A stretch of DNA of 64,000 nt, taken from positions 202 to 64,201 of the forward strand of contig JAQCKO010000005.1 of assembly GCA_027592325.1 (NCBI GenBank), in the 5' to 3' direction. The notes beneath the pieces are model-generated. The model saw only the letters and a program-made list of their open reading frames with translations, did not search any database and had not been told where the DNA came from. The translations under genes and the position numbers were made by a program. Below are positions 9,899 to 19,954 of the stretch, one piece after another. The stretch is from a bacterium. Lineage in GTDB: Bacteria; Patescibacteriota; Patescibacteriia; UBA9934. The stretch's first letter is position 1. Every line of letters begins with the position of its first letter.

Positions 9899-9991
9899 AT
9901 GAACGGACTCACCTTGTCCAATGCGCCACCCGGCTGGCGCGAGTCCGGAAACATCCACTCCACCCGTTGCCCTGCCAATAACTACGGTTAG
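9899..9991 (+). CDS. Orphan 30-codon ORF with a consensus Shine-Dalgarno (MNGLTLSNAPPGWRESGNIHSTRCPANNYG)
   Basis: AAGGAG at 9888-9893 lies 5 nt before the ATG. The ORF sits in a 360-nt gap between minus-strand genes, bracketed by a plus-strand promoter and terminator. It could instead be a structured sRNA. Confidence 0.35.
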   Translation: MNGLTLSNAPPGWRESGNIHSTRCPANNYG

Positions 9992-10081
9992 TTTTGAGAG
10001 TGCCATCATCGCAACACCCGGCTCGCGTCATGCGCTTGAGCAACATCTAGAGGGTGCCTTCTAAGTAGAAGCGCACCTCGG

Positions 10082-10116
10082 CGCCCTGACCATAGGTTAG
10101 GGCGTTTTCTTTTTTT
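10082..10116 (+). terminator. Strong intrinsic terminator (plus strand)
   Basis: The hairpin cgccctgacc-ata-ggttagggcg is 10 bp with one G:U pair and is followed by TTTTCTTTTTTT. Confidence 0.75.
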
Positions 10117-10134
10117 GACGTAGTAATGAATACC

Positions 10135-10923
10135 CTAAATCTGAACCTCGGGTTGTGGCGTGAGAATCTCGGGACCTTTTTCGGTAATCGCTATCGTTAC
10201 CTCAAAATGCGCTGCATGCTTTCCATCGACAGTCACAATTGTCCAGCCGTCATCGGCTTCCTGTACTTTATGCGTTCCAAGCGTAATCATTGGCTCGATG
10301 GCAATACACATACCGACCGCTAACGTACTGTCGCCAAAACGTTTTGCCCGATAATTGGGAATATTTGGGGGTTCATGCACAGCGTGGCCAACGCCGTGAC
10401 CAACAAGCGCCTTGACAATCCCGTACGTTTTTTGATCGATCGCATCTTCAACAGCGCCCGAGATATCGCTGACCATTTTCCCAGCAATCGCGGCATCCAC
10501 GCCCGCATACATGCTCGCACGCGTATCCCGCATGAGCTTCAGATGCTCTTCACGTACATTCCCAACCGGCACGGTTACCGCCATATCGGTACACAGGTCT
10601 TTATACCAACAGCCAATATCAAGACCAACAATATCGCCTTCCTCTAAGGCAATATCACGTGTTCCAACACCGTGCACAACTTCATGATTACGCGAAATAC
10701 AGACCGTGGAAGGAAATGGAATCTGACCGCCACCCTTATAACCAAGAAATGAGGGCTTCCCGCCGCCCTCTTCAATCACGTTTTTTGCAATTGCATCGAG
10801 CTCATGCATTTTTACGCCAGGCTTCACTAAATCAATTGCCGCCTGTAATGCGCGCGAAAGAAGTGCACCGCCTTCACGCATGTACTGAATGTCTTGTGCT
10901 GTTTTGATATTCGCCATAAGCAT
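10135..10923 (-). CDS. map: Methionine aminopeptidase type I
   Basis: The HGVGHAVHEPP and metal-ligand motifs are present. Confidence 0.9.
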   Translation of the reverse strand: MLMANIKTAQDIQYMREGGALLSRALQAAIDLVKPGVKMHELDAIAKNVIEEGGGKPSFLGYKGGGQIPFPSTVCISRNHEVVHGVGTRDIALEEGDIVGLDIGCWYKDLCTDMAVTVPVGNVREEHLKLMRDTRASMYAGVDAAIAGKMVSDISGAVEDAIDQKTYGIVKALVGHGVGHAVHEPPNIPNYRAKRFGDSTLAVGMCIAIEPMITLGTHKVQEADDGWTIVTVDGKHAAHFEVTIAITEKGPEILTPQPEVQI

Positions 10924-10979
10924 TTGTAGAACCGTTAAGAATAATCGTATGTCGTGGAAAAAGAGAATGAGACAGTGAA

Positions 10980-11537
10980 CTATAGGTCAAGGGCAGCGGC
11001 GATGCGCGCCTGTACCTCTTCAACGGTCCCAAGACCATCAATTTCATGGACAATGCCAAGGTGTTTATATGCTTCAATGACAGGAGCCGTTTTTTCTTCG
11101 CTCCATTGCAATCGTTTCTCGAGCATTTCTGGCGTATCATCACTGCGACCTTCTTTTTCTGCTCGCAACATAATCCGCTTCACAGACTCTTCTTTTGCTG
11201 CGGTGATAACAAGTACATGTGAGGGACTCAGAAATGTTCTCGATGCTTCATACTGTTCAATGAAACGAGGATATCCATCAATAATAAAGCCATGCTTTGC
11301 ATCATCTTTGGCAAGTCGTTGCTTCAGAATATTAGACGTTATTTCGTCAGAAACAAGATTACCCGCATCTTGAATTGCGAGAATCTCTTTTCCAATATCA
11401 CTTCCGGTCGCACCTTCATCACGTAAGAGTTGCCCCATGGAAAGCGCGGGAATACCAAGCTTTTCTGCAATCATATTTGCTTGAGTGCCTTTTCCACTCC
11501 CTTGAGGGCCTAAAATCACAATTTGTTTCATAATCAA
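10980..11537 (-). CDS. adk: Adenylate kinase
   Basis: The P-loop is GPQGSGKGTQ and an LID region is present. Confidence 0.9.
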   Translation of the reverse strand: MIMKQIVILGPQGSGKGTQANMIAEKLGIPALSMGQLLRDEGATGSDIGKEILAIQDAGNLVSDEITSNILKQRLAKDDAKHGFIIDGYPRFIEQYEASRTFLSPSHVLVITAAKEESVKRIMLRAEKEGRSDDTPEMLEKRLQWSEEKTAPVIEAYKHLGIVHEIDGLGTVEEVQARIAAALDL

Positions 11538-11579
11538 TATTCAGCCGCACTATAACAAATTGACGGCTTTCCGCAACCA

Positions 11580-11608
11580 AAAACAGCCCGTATGGGACTG
11601 TTTTTGCC
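11580..11608. terminator. Hairpin with flanking T-runs between secY and adk
   Basis: aaaacagcccgtatgggactgttttt reads as a terminator on both strands. Confidence 0.45.
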
Positions 11609-11619
11609 ATGACTTGTTA

Positions 11620-11699
11620 AACGCCTCATGGCTGCCTTAGATAGTGGTGACGATCGGGGATCGGAGATTGGAGCCGCTAGATGAGGTAGGCTGAGGTGT
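11620..11699 (-). repeat. Copy 2 of the intergenic repeat family (minus orientation, internally shortened)
   Basis: In minus sense it reads CAGCCTACCTCATCTAGCGGCTCCAATCT...TCTAAGGCA, directly after the secY TAA stop. Confidence 0.65.
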
Positions 11700-12944
11700 T
11701 TAAGACTTATCGTATTCGCGCATGGTGACTTGCGCTTCCACCTGCTTCACGATATCAATCACAACTGCCACAATAATGAGAATAGATGCTCCACCGACAA
11801 GAAGACTTTGACTTCCTGTCACTTCCTGCACAACAAGTGGCAATACGGCAATCGCTCCAAGAAAACCTGCTCCAACGAGCAAAATACGATTCTTCACCCA
11901 CTCAAGGTAGGTTGCTGTTTGTGTTCCTGGTCGAATTCCTGGAATGAATCCTCCTTGTTTTTGCAAATTCTCCGCAATTTGTTCCGGCTTGAAGATGACA
12001 CCCGCATAGAAGAAGGTGAATCCGAACACTAATGCAAAGTAAAGGATGGCATAGAAGGCACTGTTCCCAAAGAGTTCAATGACCCATCGCGCCGTATTTT
12101 GAAGGAATTCTGAACGTGCATCTAAGAAGTATTGTGCAATAAGTGGAGGGAAAATCATCACAGAAATCGAGAAGATAATAGGGATCATTCCACCCATGCT
12201 CACGCGTACAGGAAGCACCGAGCTTGACTGCATGCCTGCACCACCACGCGCATACTTGATGGCAATATTGCGCTGCCCTTCATTAACAATCACAACCGAA
12301 ACAATCGTGACGATGGTGAGGGCAATGAAGAGAATGATGTCAAAAAGATCATTTCGTGTGTACGTCGCAAGTGTTTGCTGCACGAAGGTTGGAAATCCTG
12401 CAATAATACCCGCCAGAATGAGAATCGAGATTCCATTTCCGACTCCACGCTCGGTAATCAACTCACCAATCCACATAAGGAACATTGTTCCAGCGGTCAT
12501 TGCGATGAGTGCGGCGACTATTTCAAGCCCTACAAGATCAATACTGACGCCACCTTGTGTGATGAGCGTAAGCACACCGTATCCTTGAACCAGAGCGAGC
12601 GGTACTACCGCGAAGCGCGTCCAGCGATTCAATTTCTGACGACCCTGTTCTTCTTTCTGCATTTCTTCTACGCTTGGGAAAATCATTCCAAGCAGCTGAA
12701 CAATGATTGACGCCGTAATATACGGAGCAACACCGAGCGCCACAACGGAAAGATTCGCTAGCGTTCCGCCAGAGAACACATTCAATAGCCCTAGGAATTG
12801 ATTACCAGCGAGAAGACCTGTGAGGTCCGTCTGGTCAATTCCAGGAATGGTGATATGTGCCGCGAGGCGGAAAATGGTGAGGGCTCCTAGAATAGCTAAA
12901 AGGCTATTACGAAGTTCGGTCATTTTCCAAATTCTCGCTAACAT
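11700..12944 (-). CDS. secY: Preprotein translocase SecY
   Basis: It is a 10-TM protein with conserved SecY motifs. Confidence 0.95.
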   Translation of the reverse strand: MLARIWKMTELRNSLLAILGALTIFRLAAHITIPGIDQTDLTGLLAGNQFLGLLNVFSGGTLANLSVVALGVAPYITASIIVQLLGMIFPSVEEMQKEEQGRQKLNRWTRFAVVPLALVQGYGVLTLITQGGVSIDLVGLEIVAALIAMTAGTMFLMWIGELITERGVGNGISILILAGIIAGFPTFVQQTLATYTRNDLFDIILFIALTIVTIVSVVIVNEGQRNIAIKYARGGAGMQSSSVLPVRVSMGGMIPIIFSISVMIFPPLIAQYFLDARSEFLQNTARWVIELFGNSAFYAILYFALVFGFTFFYAGVIFKPEQIAENLQKQGGFIPGIRPGTQTATYLEWVKNRILLVGAGFLGAIAVLPLVVQEVTGSQSLLVGGASILIIVAVVIDIVKQVEAQVTMREYDKS

Positions 12945-12946
12945 AT

Positions 12947-13384
12947 CTATGCGTTAATCGTTCCGCCCGCAGCAGTGATTTTTTCTGAAGCTGCCTTAGA
13001 AACTTTGCATCCGCTCACTTTGAGAGAAACAGTCACTTCTCCATCTGAGAGGATTTTTACACCATTTTTCTTCGTCGCGATAAGATTTTTCGCTTTAAGC
13101 GTATCCGGGGATACCAATTCCCCCTTCAGAAACACAGCTGCTAAATCACCCACATTTACGGTTGCAGGTTTATTATACGGGGAATTGAATCCGCGGAGCT
13201 TTGGTGTTGCAAGCATAAGCTTACGCATTCCAAGCCGCTGAAATCCGCTTGCACCTGATCGTGATTTTTGTCCCTTCATTCCGCGTCCTGATGTCTTTCC
13301 AAGGGTTGATCCGATTCCGCGTCCAAGGCGTTTTTTTGTCTTTTTTGAGCCGCTTTTTGGGCTCAGATTATGTAATGACAACAT
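12947..13384 (-). CDS. rplO: 50S ribosomal protein L15
   Basis: The sequence is conserved. No L30 gene sits between rpsE and rplO. Confidence 0.9.
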   Translation of the reverse strand: MLSLHNLSPKSGSKKTKKRLGRGIGSTLGKTSGRGMKGQKSRSGASGFQRLGMRKLMLATPKLRGFNSPYNKPATVNVGDLAAVFLKGELVSPDTLKAKNLIATKKNGVKILSDGEVTVSLKVSGCKVSKAASEKITAAGGTINA

Positions 13385-13390
13385 AGGGCG

Positions 13391-14041
13391 TTATTCTGCT
13401 TTTTTGTCAGATGATTTTTGTCCCTTCTTCGCCTTTAGTAAAGGCGCTTCAGATGCCTGTACAGCCTTCGCTGGAGTTTTTACCTGCTTAGGCTTGCTCA
13501 CATTGTTCGTAACATTACGTAGGCCAGATAGTGCATGCATCATTGCCTTCGCATTGTTGATTTTGCTTTTTGAACCAAGAATTTTTGATACAACATTCGG
13601 TACACCAGCAAATTCAAGGACCATACGAGCAGGTCCCCCTGATTTAAGCCCAGTTCCTTTTGGAGCTGGCTTAAGCATCACCTGCGCCGCACCAAATTTC
13701 ATGTCAATTCTGTGCGGGATTGTTTCATTAACAATAGGCACGGTGATAAGATTTTTCTTAGCCTGTCGGAATGCTTTTTCTACTGCTGCCGCTACATCGG
13801 TTCCTTTTGCAACACCCATTCCAACACGTCCTTTTTTATCGCCAATGATAAGACACGTACGAAAACTCATCCGTTTTCCTCCTTTCGTAACACGCGTTAC
13901 ACGAGCAAGTTCCAAAATCTTTTGCTCGAACTCACGCGGTTCACGTTTTTCACGACGACCATTTCCCTTTCGGCGACGTACACGACGCTCACTTGCGCCC
14001 GTGAAGCTTTTATTATCTTGTGTTTTTGTTTCTTCCGGCAT
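13391..14041 (-). CDS. rpsE: 30S ribosomal protein S5, with an R/K-rich N-terminal extension
   Basis: S5 dsRBD and C-terminal domains are present. Confidence 0.9.
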   Translation of the reverse strand: MPEETKTQDNKSFTGASERRVRRRKGNGRREKREPREFEQKILELARVTRVTKGGKRMSFRTCLIIGDKKGRVGMGVAKGTDVAAAVEKAFRQAKKNLITVPIVNETIPHRIDMKFGAAQVMLKPAPKGTGLKSGGPARMVLEFAGVPNVVSKILGSKSKINNAKAMMHALSGLRNVTNNVSKPKQVKTPAKAVQASEAPLLKAKKGQKSSDKKAE

Positions 14042-14043
14042 AT

Positions 14044-14406
14044 TTAGAATTGAATTCCTTCACTTCGCACACCTTCCGCAAGCGCTTTCACACGTCCGTG
14101 ATAAAGGAATGATCCGCGATCGTAAATGGCAGTCGTTATACCCGCCGCCTTTAATTTCGCGCCAAGTTCTTTTCCAACAAGCTCGGCAATCTCTAGAGGA
14201 GTTTTTCCCTCTACCGCAATTGTTTTGTCGAAGGCGCTCGCAAGCGTGACACCTGCAGCGTCATCGATTGCCTGCACAGATATATGCTTCTTTGTGCGCG
14301 CAACGCTAAGACGAGGACGATCAGCCGTTCCTTGAATGCGTGAACGCGTCCGCCCAGCACGTCGGAGCTTTTGCGCACGTTTTTTGATGAGTGCTTTTTT
14401 ATCCAT
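14044..14406 (-). CDS. rplR: 50S ribosomal protein L18
   Basis: The sequence is conserved. Confidence 0.9.
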   Translation of the reverse strand: MDKKALIKKRAQKLRRAGRTRSRIQGTADRPRLSVARTKKHISVQAIDDAAGVTLASAFDKTIAVEGKTPLEIAELVGKELGAKLKAAGITTAIYDRGSFLYHGRVKALAEGVRSEGIQF

Positions 14407-14411
14407 AGAGA

Positions 14412-14972
14412 TTATTCACCTTTGGCAGCCTTACCAGCCTTACGCCGAATGACTTCATGGTCATATTTGAAGCCTTTTCCTTTGTATGGCTCTGGTTTCT
14501 TGAGTGATCGAATTTCTGCAGCGGTTTGCCCGATAAGCTGTTTATCAATGCTCGTCAGTGTGAGCTTCATCCCTTCAACCACTGCATCGACTGATGCAGG
14601 AAGTTCGTAACGAACCTCGTGCGAAAATCCTAGACTCATAACAAGGGTCTTTCCTTGAAGAGCCATTTTGAATCCAACACCGTTAAGCTCAAGAACCTTG
14701 GTCCATCCTTTCGTCACACCAGTCACCATATTTTGTATGAGTGCCCGATATGTTCCCCAAATTGCTGAGCTTCCTGTTTCGTGACGCGCAACATTCAAAA
14801 CTTTTTTCCCCTCTTCTGTTTCGGTTATTTCAACCTTGATCTCTGCTGGAATGGTGAGCGTCAACTCTCCTTTGCTTCCTTTTACCGTAAGCATATCAGC
14901 GTTTAACGCTGCTTCTGCTCCTTCAAAGAATACGGGTTTATTTCCAATGCGTGACATATTAGAAGAGTTCAC
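14412..14972 (-). CDS. rplF: 50S ribosomal protein L6
   Basis: The sequence is conserved. Confidence 0.9.
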   Translation of the reverse strand: MNSSNMSRIGNKPVFFEGAEAALNADMLTVKGSKGELTLTIPAEIKVEITETEEGKKVLNVARHETGSSAIWGTYRALIQNMVTGVTKGWTKVLELNGVGFKMALQGKTLVMSLGFSHEVRYELPASVDAVVEGMKLTLTSIDKQLIGQTAAEIRSLKKPEPYKGKGFKYDHEVIRRKAGKAAKGE

Positions 14973-15351
14973 AAATTAGCTCGCCACCGAGTCGACGCTT
15001 TTTTGCTTCTGTTCCTGTCATCATACCGTTTGGTGTCGACAGAATAGAAAGCCCAAAACCGTTTTGTACCGATTTAATTTCTGTTGCTTTCACATAAACG
15101 CGTCGCCCTGGCTTACTTACACGTTTCACGCTTGAGAATGCCGGAGTGCGTCCATCGTACTTGAGGTGCATGCGAATGACTGGTCGTTTCTGAACTTCTA
15201 CTGTTTCTACGCGTTCAACGTATCCTTCCTTTTCAAGAATTTTGCTGATCGCAAATTTAACTTTCGAGAGAGGTACGTCAACGGTTTCCTTGCGTACAGC
15301 AGTAGCGTTTCGGAGACGTGTCAGCATGTCTGAGATTGGGTCTGTAGTCAT
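14959..15351 (-). CDS. rpsH: 30S ribosomal protein S8
   Basis: The start is taken at MTTDPISDMLTRLRNA, an internal Met. Confidence 0.9.
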   Translation of the reverse strand: MTTDPISDMLTRLRNATAVRKETVDVPLSKVKFAISKILEKEGYVERVETVEVQKRPVIRMHLKYDGRTPAFSSVKRVSKPGRRVYVKATEIKSVQNGFGLSILSTPNGMMTGTEAKKRRLGGELICELF

Positions 15352-15355
15352 ATGC

Positions 15356-15541
15356 TTACCAGCTTGCTTTCTTAACACCTGGGATTTCTCCCTTATTTGC
15401 GAGTTCACGGAAGCAGATACGGCAAAGTCCGAAATCTCGCATAAAGTAACGGTTTCGCCCACAATGCCAACACCGATTCACCTTCCGGCTCATATACTTT
15501 GGCGTCTTGTGTGACTTCGCGATTTGATTCTTTGTCGCCAT
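15356..15541 (-). CDS. rpsN: 30S ribosomal protein S14, zinc-binding type Z (61 aa)
   Basis: It carries the CxxC...CxxC zinc motif. Confidence 0.9.
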   Translation of the reverse strand: MATKNQIAKSHKTPKYMSRKVNRCWHCGRNRYFMRDFGLCRICFRELANKGEIPGVKKASW

Positions 15542-15543
15542 AT

Positions 15544-16086
15544 TTATTTATCTGACTTCTTAAATGGGAACCCCAGCGCTTCAAAGAGTGCCATACCTTC
15601 TTCCTTTGTTTCAGCGGACGTTTTGACCGTCACCTGAAGTCCGTGAATTTGATCTACGGCATCTGGACTGACTTCAGGAAATGCAAGATGTTCCTTAAAT
15701 CCGAAGTTGAAGTTTCCTGAACGATCAACAGTTGAGCGTTCAATACCGCGGAAGTCACGAATACGTGGAAATGTGACATTCACGAGCTTGTCGAGGAAGT
15801 CCCACATACGCTCGCCGCGGAGCGTAACCATTGCACCAACAACTTGTCCTTCACGGATTTTGAAGCCCGCTTCTGACTTACGAGCTTTGGTAATCACAGG
15901 CTTTTGACCAGAGATGAGCTCTAGTGTATCTGTAAGAATTTCGATGAATTTAGAATCTTTCTTCGCTGAAAGACGGGTATTCACCGTTACCTTTTCGATT
16001 TTTGGTACAGCATGCACATTCTTCACTCCAAGTGAATCCTGGAGTGCCTTTGCCGCTGTATCTTTGTAGAGGGTTTTAAGTGACAT
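15544..16086 (-). CDS. rplE: 50S ribosomal protein L5
   Basis: The sequence is conserved. Confidence 0.9.
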   Translation of the reverse strand: MSLKTLYKDTAAKALQDSLGVKNVHAVPKIEKVTVNTRLSAKKDSKFIEILTDTLELISGQKPVITKARKSEAGFKIREGQVVGAMVTLRGERMWDFLDKLVNVTFPRIRDFRGIERSTVDRSGNFNFGFKEHLAFPEVSPDAVDQIHGLQVTVKTSAETKEEGMALFEALGFPFKKSDK

Positions 16087-16093
16087 ACCTTTC

Positions 16094-16411
16094 TTAGTTC
16101 AAATCTTCTACACCTGTTTTTGTACGAAGAACGCGCACTTTCACTTGTTTTTCATCTTTTTCAATGAATTTGTATCCAATACGTCCTTCGCTATCGGTTC
16201 CGATAACGCGTACGTTTGATACGTGAAGTGGTGCATCGAATTCTACACGTTGCCCTTTTTCTCCTCCGCGAGCCTTCAGATGCTTAACTGCTTTATTTAC
16301 TCCTTCTACAACTACAGTATTCGCATCTTTAAGAACCTGGACAACTTTTCCAGTTTTCCCTTTCTCTTTTCCGGCGATCACGCGTACATTGTCGTTTACC
16401 TTTATCTTCAT
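16094..16411 (-). CDS. rplX: 50S ribosomal protein L24
   Basis: MKIKVNDNVRVIAGKEKGKTG contains a KOW domain. Confidence 0.9.
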   Translation of the reverse strand: MKIKVNDNVRVIAGKEKGKTGKVVQVLKDANTVVVEGVNKAVKHLKARGGEKGQRVEFDAPLHVSNVRVIGTDSEGRIGYKFIEKDEKQVKVRVLRTKTGVEDLN

Positions 16412-16419
16412 ACACGTCA

Positions 16420-16791
16420 TTAAAGCACCTCAGGAGCGAGTGAAACGATTTTTGAAAATCCAGCTGCACGAAGTTCACGCGCAACAGGTCCAAAAATACG
16501 TGTCCCCTTTGGCTCATTATTTTTACGATCGATGATTACCGCCGCATTTTCGTCAAAACGAATATACGATCCATCTGCGCGACGAGTTTCTTTGCGGGTT
16601 CGAACAATAACCGCATGCACAACGTCACTCTTTTTTACTGCATTATGTGGAGCTGCTTCTTTTACAACTGCCGTTACAATATCTCCAATACCTGCATTAC
16701 GCTTTTGATACCCACCAAGCACGCGAATAACCTTGAGTCGCTTTGCGCCGGTATTATCGGCTGACATGAGAACTGATTCATTCTGTACCAT
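16420..16791 (-). CDS. rplN: 50S ribosomal protein L14
   Basis: The sequence is conserved. Confidence 0.9.
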   Translation of the reverse strand: MVQNESVLMSADNTGAKRLKVIRVLGGYQKRNAGIGDIVTAVVKEAAPHNAVKKSDVVHAVIVRTRKETRRADGSYIRFDENAAVIIDRKNNEPKGTRIFGPVARELRAAGFSKIVSLAPEVL

Positions 16792-16799
16792 ATCCTAGG

Positions 16800-17057
16800 T
16801 TAGGCAATCTTACTTACAACGCGCCAAGTTTTAGACTTTGCGAGCGGTCGTGTTTCTTCAATGATAACCTTATCACCAGCCTTGTACGCATTCTCTTCAT
16901 CATGCGCCTTGTATTTTTTGCTGAGCGAAAACCGCTTAAGATACTTTGGGTGCTGGTGCGCGCGATCAACACGAACAACGACGGTTTTATCCATCTTGTC
17001 AGACACCACCACGCCATTTAGGCGTCGGCGTTTTAATTGTGTTTTTGTTTCTGACAT
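16800..17057 (-). CDS. rpsQ: 30S ribosomal protein S17
   Basis: The sequence is conserved. Confidence 0.9.
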   Translation of the reverse strand: MSETKTQLKRRRLNGVVVSDKMDKTVVVRVDRAHQHPKYLKRFSLSKKYKAHDEENAYKAGDKVIIEETRPLAKSKTWRVVSKIA

Positions 17058-17058
17058 A

Positions 17059-17259
17059 TTATTCGGTTTGAGCATTATTAAGCTCGGTAATGCGCGTCTT
17101 TATGCGTGCGATTTCTTTTCGAATTACTCCAAAAAGATGATTTTGCTTTAGCTGACCAATTGAATCCTTCGTTCGAAGGTTATAGAGCTCTGCTCGTTTC
17201 TCCTCGATCATCCCTTCAAGCTCTTCGATGGTTTTCTTTTCAAGATCTTTATATTCCAT
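17059..17259 (-). CDS. rpmC: 50S ribosomal protein L29
   Basis: The sequence is conserved. Confidence 0.85.
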   Translation of the reverse strand: MEYKDLEKKTIEELEGMIEEKRAELYNLRTKDSIGQLKQNHLFGVIRKEIARIKTRITELNNAQTE

Positions 17260-17261
17260 AC

Positions 17262-17672
17262 TTAGCGTGAGATGAATTTTGTTTTCACGGGTAGCTTATG
17301 CATCGCGAGACGAAATGCTTCACGCGCCTGATCTTCCGTTACTCCGTCAATTTCGAACAGGATTGATCCAGCACGTACCGGCGACATGTAATAGTCAACG
17401 TTTCCTTTACCTTTACCCATCGGGGCTTCGGCTCCATGGCTTGTGACTGGTTTATGTGGAAAAACGCGAACCCATATTTTTCCTCCACGCTTTACAGAAC
17501 GCGTCATCGCTCGACGAGCGGCTTCAATTTGGCGAGCCGTCACCCAGCTTTCTGTCATTGCTTTCATTCCATACGACCCAAATGCAAGGTCTGTTTTACG
17601 TGTTGCAACGCGATCACCTTTCGTACGGCGCTTATGCTGTTTGCGCCACTTCAGCTTTTTTGGCATCAACAT
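17262..17672 (-). CDS. rplP: 50S ribosomal protein L16
   Basis: The sequence is conserved. Confidence 0.9.
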   Translation of the reverse strand: MLMPKKLKWRKQHKRRTKGDRVATRKTDLAFGSYGMKAMTESWVTARQIEAARRAMTRSVKRGGKIWVRVFPHKPVTSHGAEAPMGKGKGNVDYYMSPVRAGSILFEIDGVTEDQAREAFRLAMHKLPVKTKFISR

Positions 17673-17678
17673 ATACGC

Positions 17679-18383
17679 TTAATTACTATTTCGATTATTT
17701 CGGCGCTGTGGGCGCTTACGCACTTCACGCTCTACCGGTTCATCACCGAATACTTCTCCCTTGTAAATCCACACCTTAATTCCAATCGCTCCATAGATTG
17801 TACGCGCTGTAACGCGAGAAAAATCAACATCAGCGCGCAGATTGTGAAGCGGAATACTCCCCTCAGAAGTTGTTTCTGAGCGAGCAATTTCTGCTCCGTT
17901 TAGTCGGCCAGCGATCATAACCTTTACTCCTTTTGCCCCCGACTTCATGACACGCTCTGCAGCCATTTTCATCGAGCGACGAAACGGCATACGCTTTTCA
18001 ATCTCCTGAGCGATTTGAAGCCCAGTGATGCGTGCAGAAAGATTTGGTCGCGCTACTTCTTGAATATTAAGATGTACTTGAACTTTTTTCCCACGGTAAA
18101 ACTGCGATTTAATTTTCTTCTTCAAGTCTTCAATTCCCGCTCCTTGACGTCCAATGATATACCCAGGCTTTGCTGAGAAAATTGAAACGCGGACATCGTT
18201 TGAATTACGGTCAATCGATACATGATCAACACTGGCGTGGTGAAGCTCCTTTAGGAGGAATTCTCGGATCAAAACATCTTCCCGTAAAAACGGAATAAGA
18301 TTTTTCTTTCGAGCAAACCACTTAGAGTCCCAGCGGTAAATCGTTGAAAGACGGAAGAGCTTTGGATGAATCTTTTGTCCCAT
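17679..18383 (-). CDS. rpsC: 30S ribosomal protein S3
   Basis: The start is MGQKIHPKLFRL and a KH domain is present. Confidence 0.9.
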   Translation of the reverse strand: MGQKIHPKLFRLSTIYRWDSKWFARKKNLIPFLREDVLIREFLLKELHHASVDHVSIDRNSNDVRVSIFSAKPGYIIGRQGAGIEDLKKKIKSQFYRGKKVQVHLNIQEVARPNLSARITGLQIAQEIEKRMPFRRSMKMAAERVMKSGAKGVKVMIAGRLNGAEIARSETTSEGSIPLHNLRADVDFSRVTARTIYGAIGIKVWIYKGEVFGDEPVEREVRKRPQRRNNRNSN

Positions 18384-18384
18384 A

Positions 18385-18846
18385 TTACTTGCTTTCAGCT
18401 TTTTTTGTTGTCTTCTTTGCAACCTTTTTCTCTACAGCCTGCTCTTCTTTCTTTGCTACCACAGACTTCTTTGGCAGTTTCACCTCTTTCTTAGAAGATT
18501 GAGATGCTGTTTCTGCACGCTCCCCAACCACAATGGTGATATGAGATGAACGTTTACGAAGTGTAGATGCACGTCCAAATGCTCGAGGCATATAACGCTT
18601 AAGTGTTGGTCCTTCATCAACAAACGCTTCTGTAATGATGAATTCCTGCGTGTTGAGTCCAAAGTTATTTTCTGCATTCGCGACCGCAGAATTCAGTGCT
18701 TTGAGCACAGGCTGTGCTGCGCGCTTCTGCGAAAACATCAATTGATGCTGCGCTTGTTTTACAGGGAGACCACGCACCAAATCAACCACAAGTCGAACCT
18801 TGCGAGGAGCGATACGGATATATTTTGCTTTTGCCTTTACCTGCAT
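18385..18846 (-). CDS. rplV: 50S ribosomal protein L22 with a K-rich C-terminal tail
   Basis: The sequence is conserved. Confidence 0.9.
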   Translation of the reverse strand: MQVKAKAKYIRIAPRKVRLVVDLVRGLPVKQAQHQLMFSQKRAAQPVLKALNSAVANAENNFGLNTQEFIITEAFVDEGPTLKRYMPRAFGRASTLRKRSSHITIVVGERAETASQSSKKEVKLPKKSVVAKKEEQAVEKKVAKKTTKKAESK

Positions 18847-18849
18847 ATC

Positions 18850-19116
18850 CTATGATTTATCCTTTCCGGAATGTTTGACAAACTTTCGTGTTTTTGCGAA
18901 TTCACCCAGCTTGTGGCCAACCATATTTTCCACTACACGAACTTGAATAAATTCACGCCCATTGTGAACACCAAAGGTGAATCCAACCATTTCTGGTGTA
19001 ATGTCTGAGCTGCGAGCCCATGTTTTAATCACGGACTTGTCGCCAGCAGAAAGTTTTGAAACTTTCTTGGCAAGCTTCGCGTCTACGTAAGGTCCTTTTT
19101 TGAGACTTCGTGACAT
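18850..19116 (-). CDS. rpsS: 30S ribosomal protein S19
   Basis: The sequence is conserved. Confidence 0.9.
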   Translation of the reverse strand: MSRSLKKGPYVDAKLAKKVSKLSAGDKSVIKTWARSSDITPEMVGFTFGVHNGREFIQVRVVENMVGHKLGEFAKTRKFVKHSGKDKS

Positions 19117-19119
19117 ACC

Positions 19120-19953
19120 CTATTTCTTATTTCGGCGCTTCACAATAAAGCGATCCGTTATCTTATTTCTTCGTGTTTTGACACCAAGTGCCTTCTTACC
19201 AGTTGGCGTCTTTGGAGCTTTAAGACCAATTGGATTTGATCCTTCTCCACCTCCATGCGGGTGATCAACTGGGTTCATCGCCTTACCGCGAACGGTTGGA
19301 CGGATTCCACGATGACGTGTACGTCCCGCTTTCCCCCAACGAATAAGCCGCCAATCAGGATTTGAAACAGCACCAATTGTCGCCATACAATTCTTCTTTA
19401 CAAGACGAATTTCTCCTGATGGAAGCTTAAGTGTGGCCATATCACCTTCAACGGCCATAAGCACAGCACCGTTTCCAGCTCCTCGTGCCATTTGCGCACC
19501 CTTCCCTGCTTGTAGTTCAATATTGTAAACCGTCATTCCAGGTGGAATATGCTCAAGCTTGAATCGATTTCCAATATGAGGTTCCCCTTTTTTCTCAGAC
19601 GACACAATTGTCATGCCAACTTTGAGTGTTTGAGGAGCGAGAATGTAGCGCTTTTCTCCGTCCGCATACGTAAGGAGTGCGATACGCGCTCCACGATTTG
19701 GATCGTATTCAATTGTTTTCACGGTCGCAGGAATATCAAATTTATCGCGCTTGAAATCAATTTCACGAATGAAGCGTCTTGCTCCACCCCCTCGGTGACG
19801 TACGCGAATAACACCATCGTTTCCACGTCCTTTACGACGCACTGGCTTTGATACGAGGTTCTTTTCTGGCTTCTTTGACGTAATGTCATCGAATGTTTGC
19901 ACACTCGATTTACGACGTCCAGCCGTTGTTGGTTTATGTACGCGAATTCCCAT
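19120..19953 (-). CDS. rplB: 50S ribosomal protein L2
   Basis: The start is [14 protein letters not shown]. Confidence 0.9.
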   Translation of the reverse strand: MGIRVHKPTTAGRRKSSVQTFDDITSKKPEKNLVSKPVRRKGRGNDGVIRVRHRGGGARRFIREIDFKRDKFDIPATVKTIEYDPNRGARIALLTYADGEKRYILAPQTLKVGMTIVSSEKKGEPHIGNRFKLEHIPPGMTVYNIELQAGKGAQMARGAGNGAVLMAVEGDMATLKLPSGEIRLVKKNCMATIGAVSNPDWRLIRWGKAGRTRHRGIRPTVRGKAMNPVDHPHGGGEGSNPIGLKAPKTPTGKKALGVKTRRNKITDRFIVKRRNKK

Positions 19954-19954
19954 A

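Noticed and set aside
9880-10110. RNase P RNA in the ruvX-map gap. Short matches to CR-II-like GGGUGCC...GUAGAAGCGCACC, CR-III-like UCCACCCG and P4-like AGUCCGG / CCGGCU were noticed.
   Set aside because: The motifs occur in the wrong order for RNase P. The P4-like strands are only about 80 nt apart. The transcript between promoter and terminator would be only about 250 nt. The matches are probably chance resemblance within a GC-rich structured region.
13404-14249. Long antisense ORFs within the ribosomal protein genes, for example the 281-aa ORF on the plus strand
   Set aside because: They are antisense shadows of highly conserved r-protein genes with low-complexity translations.
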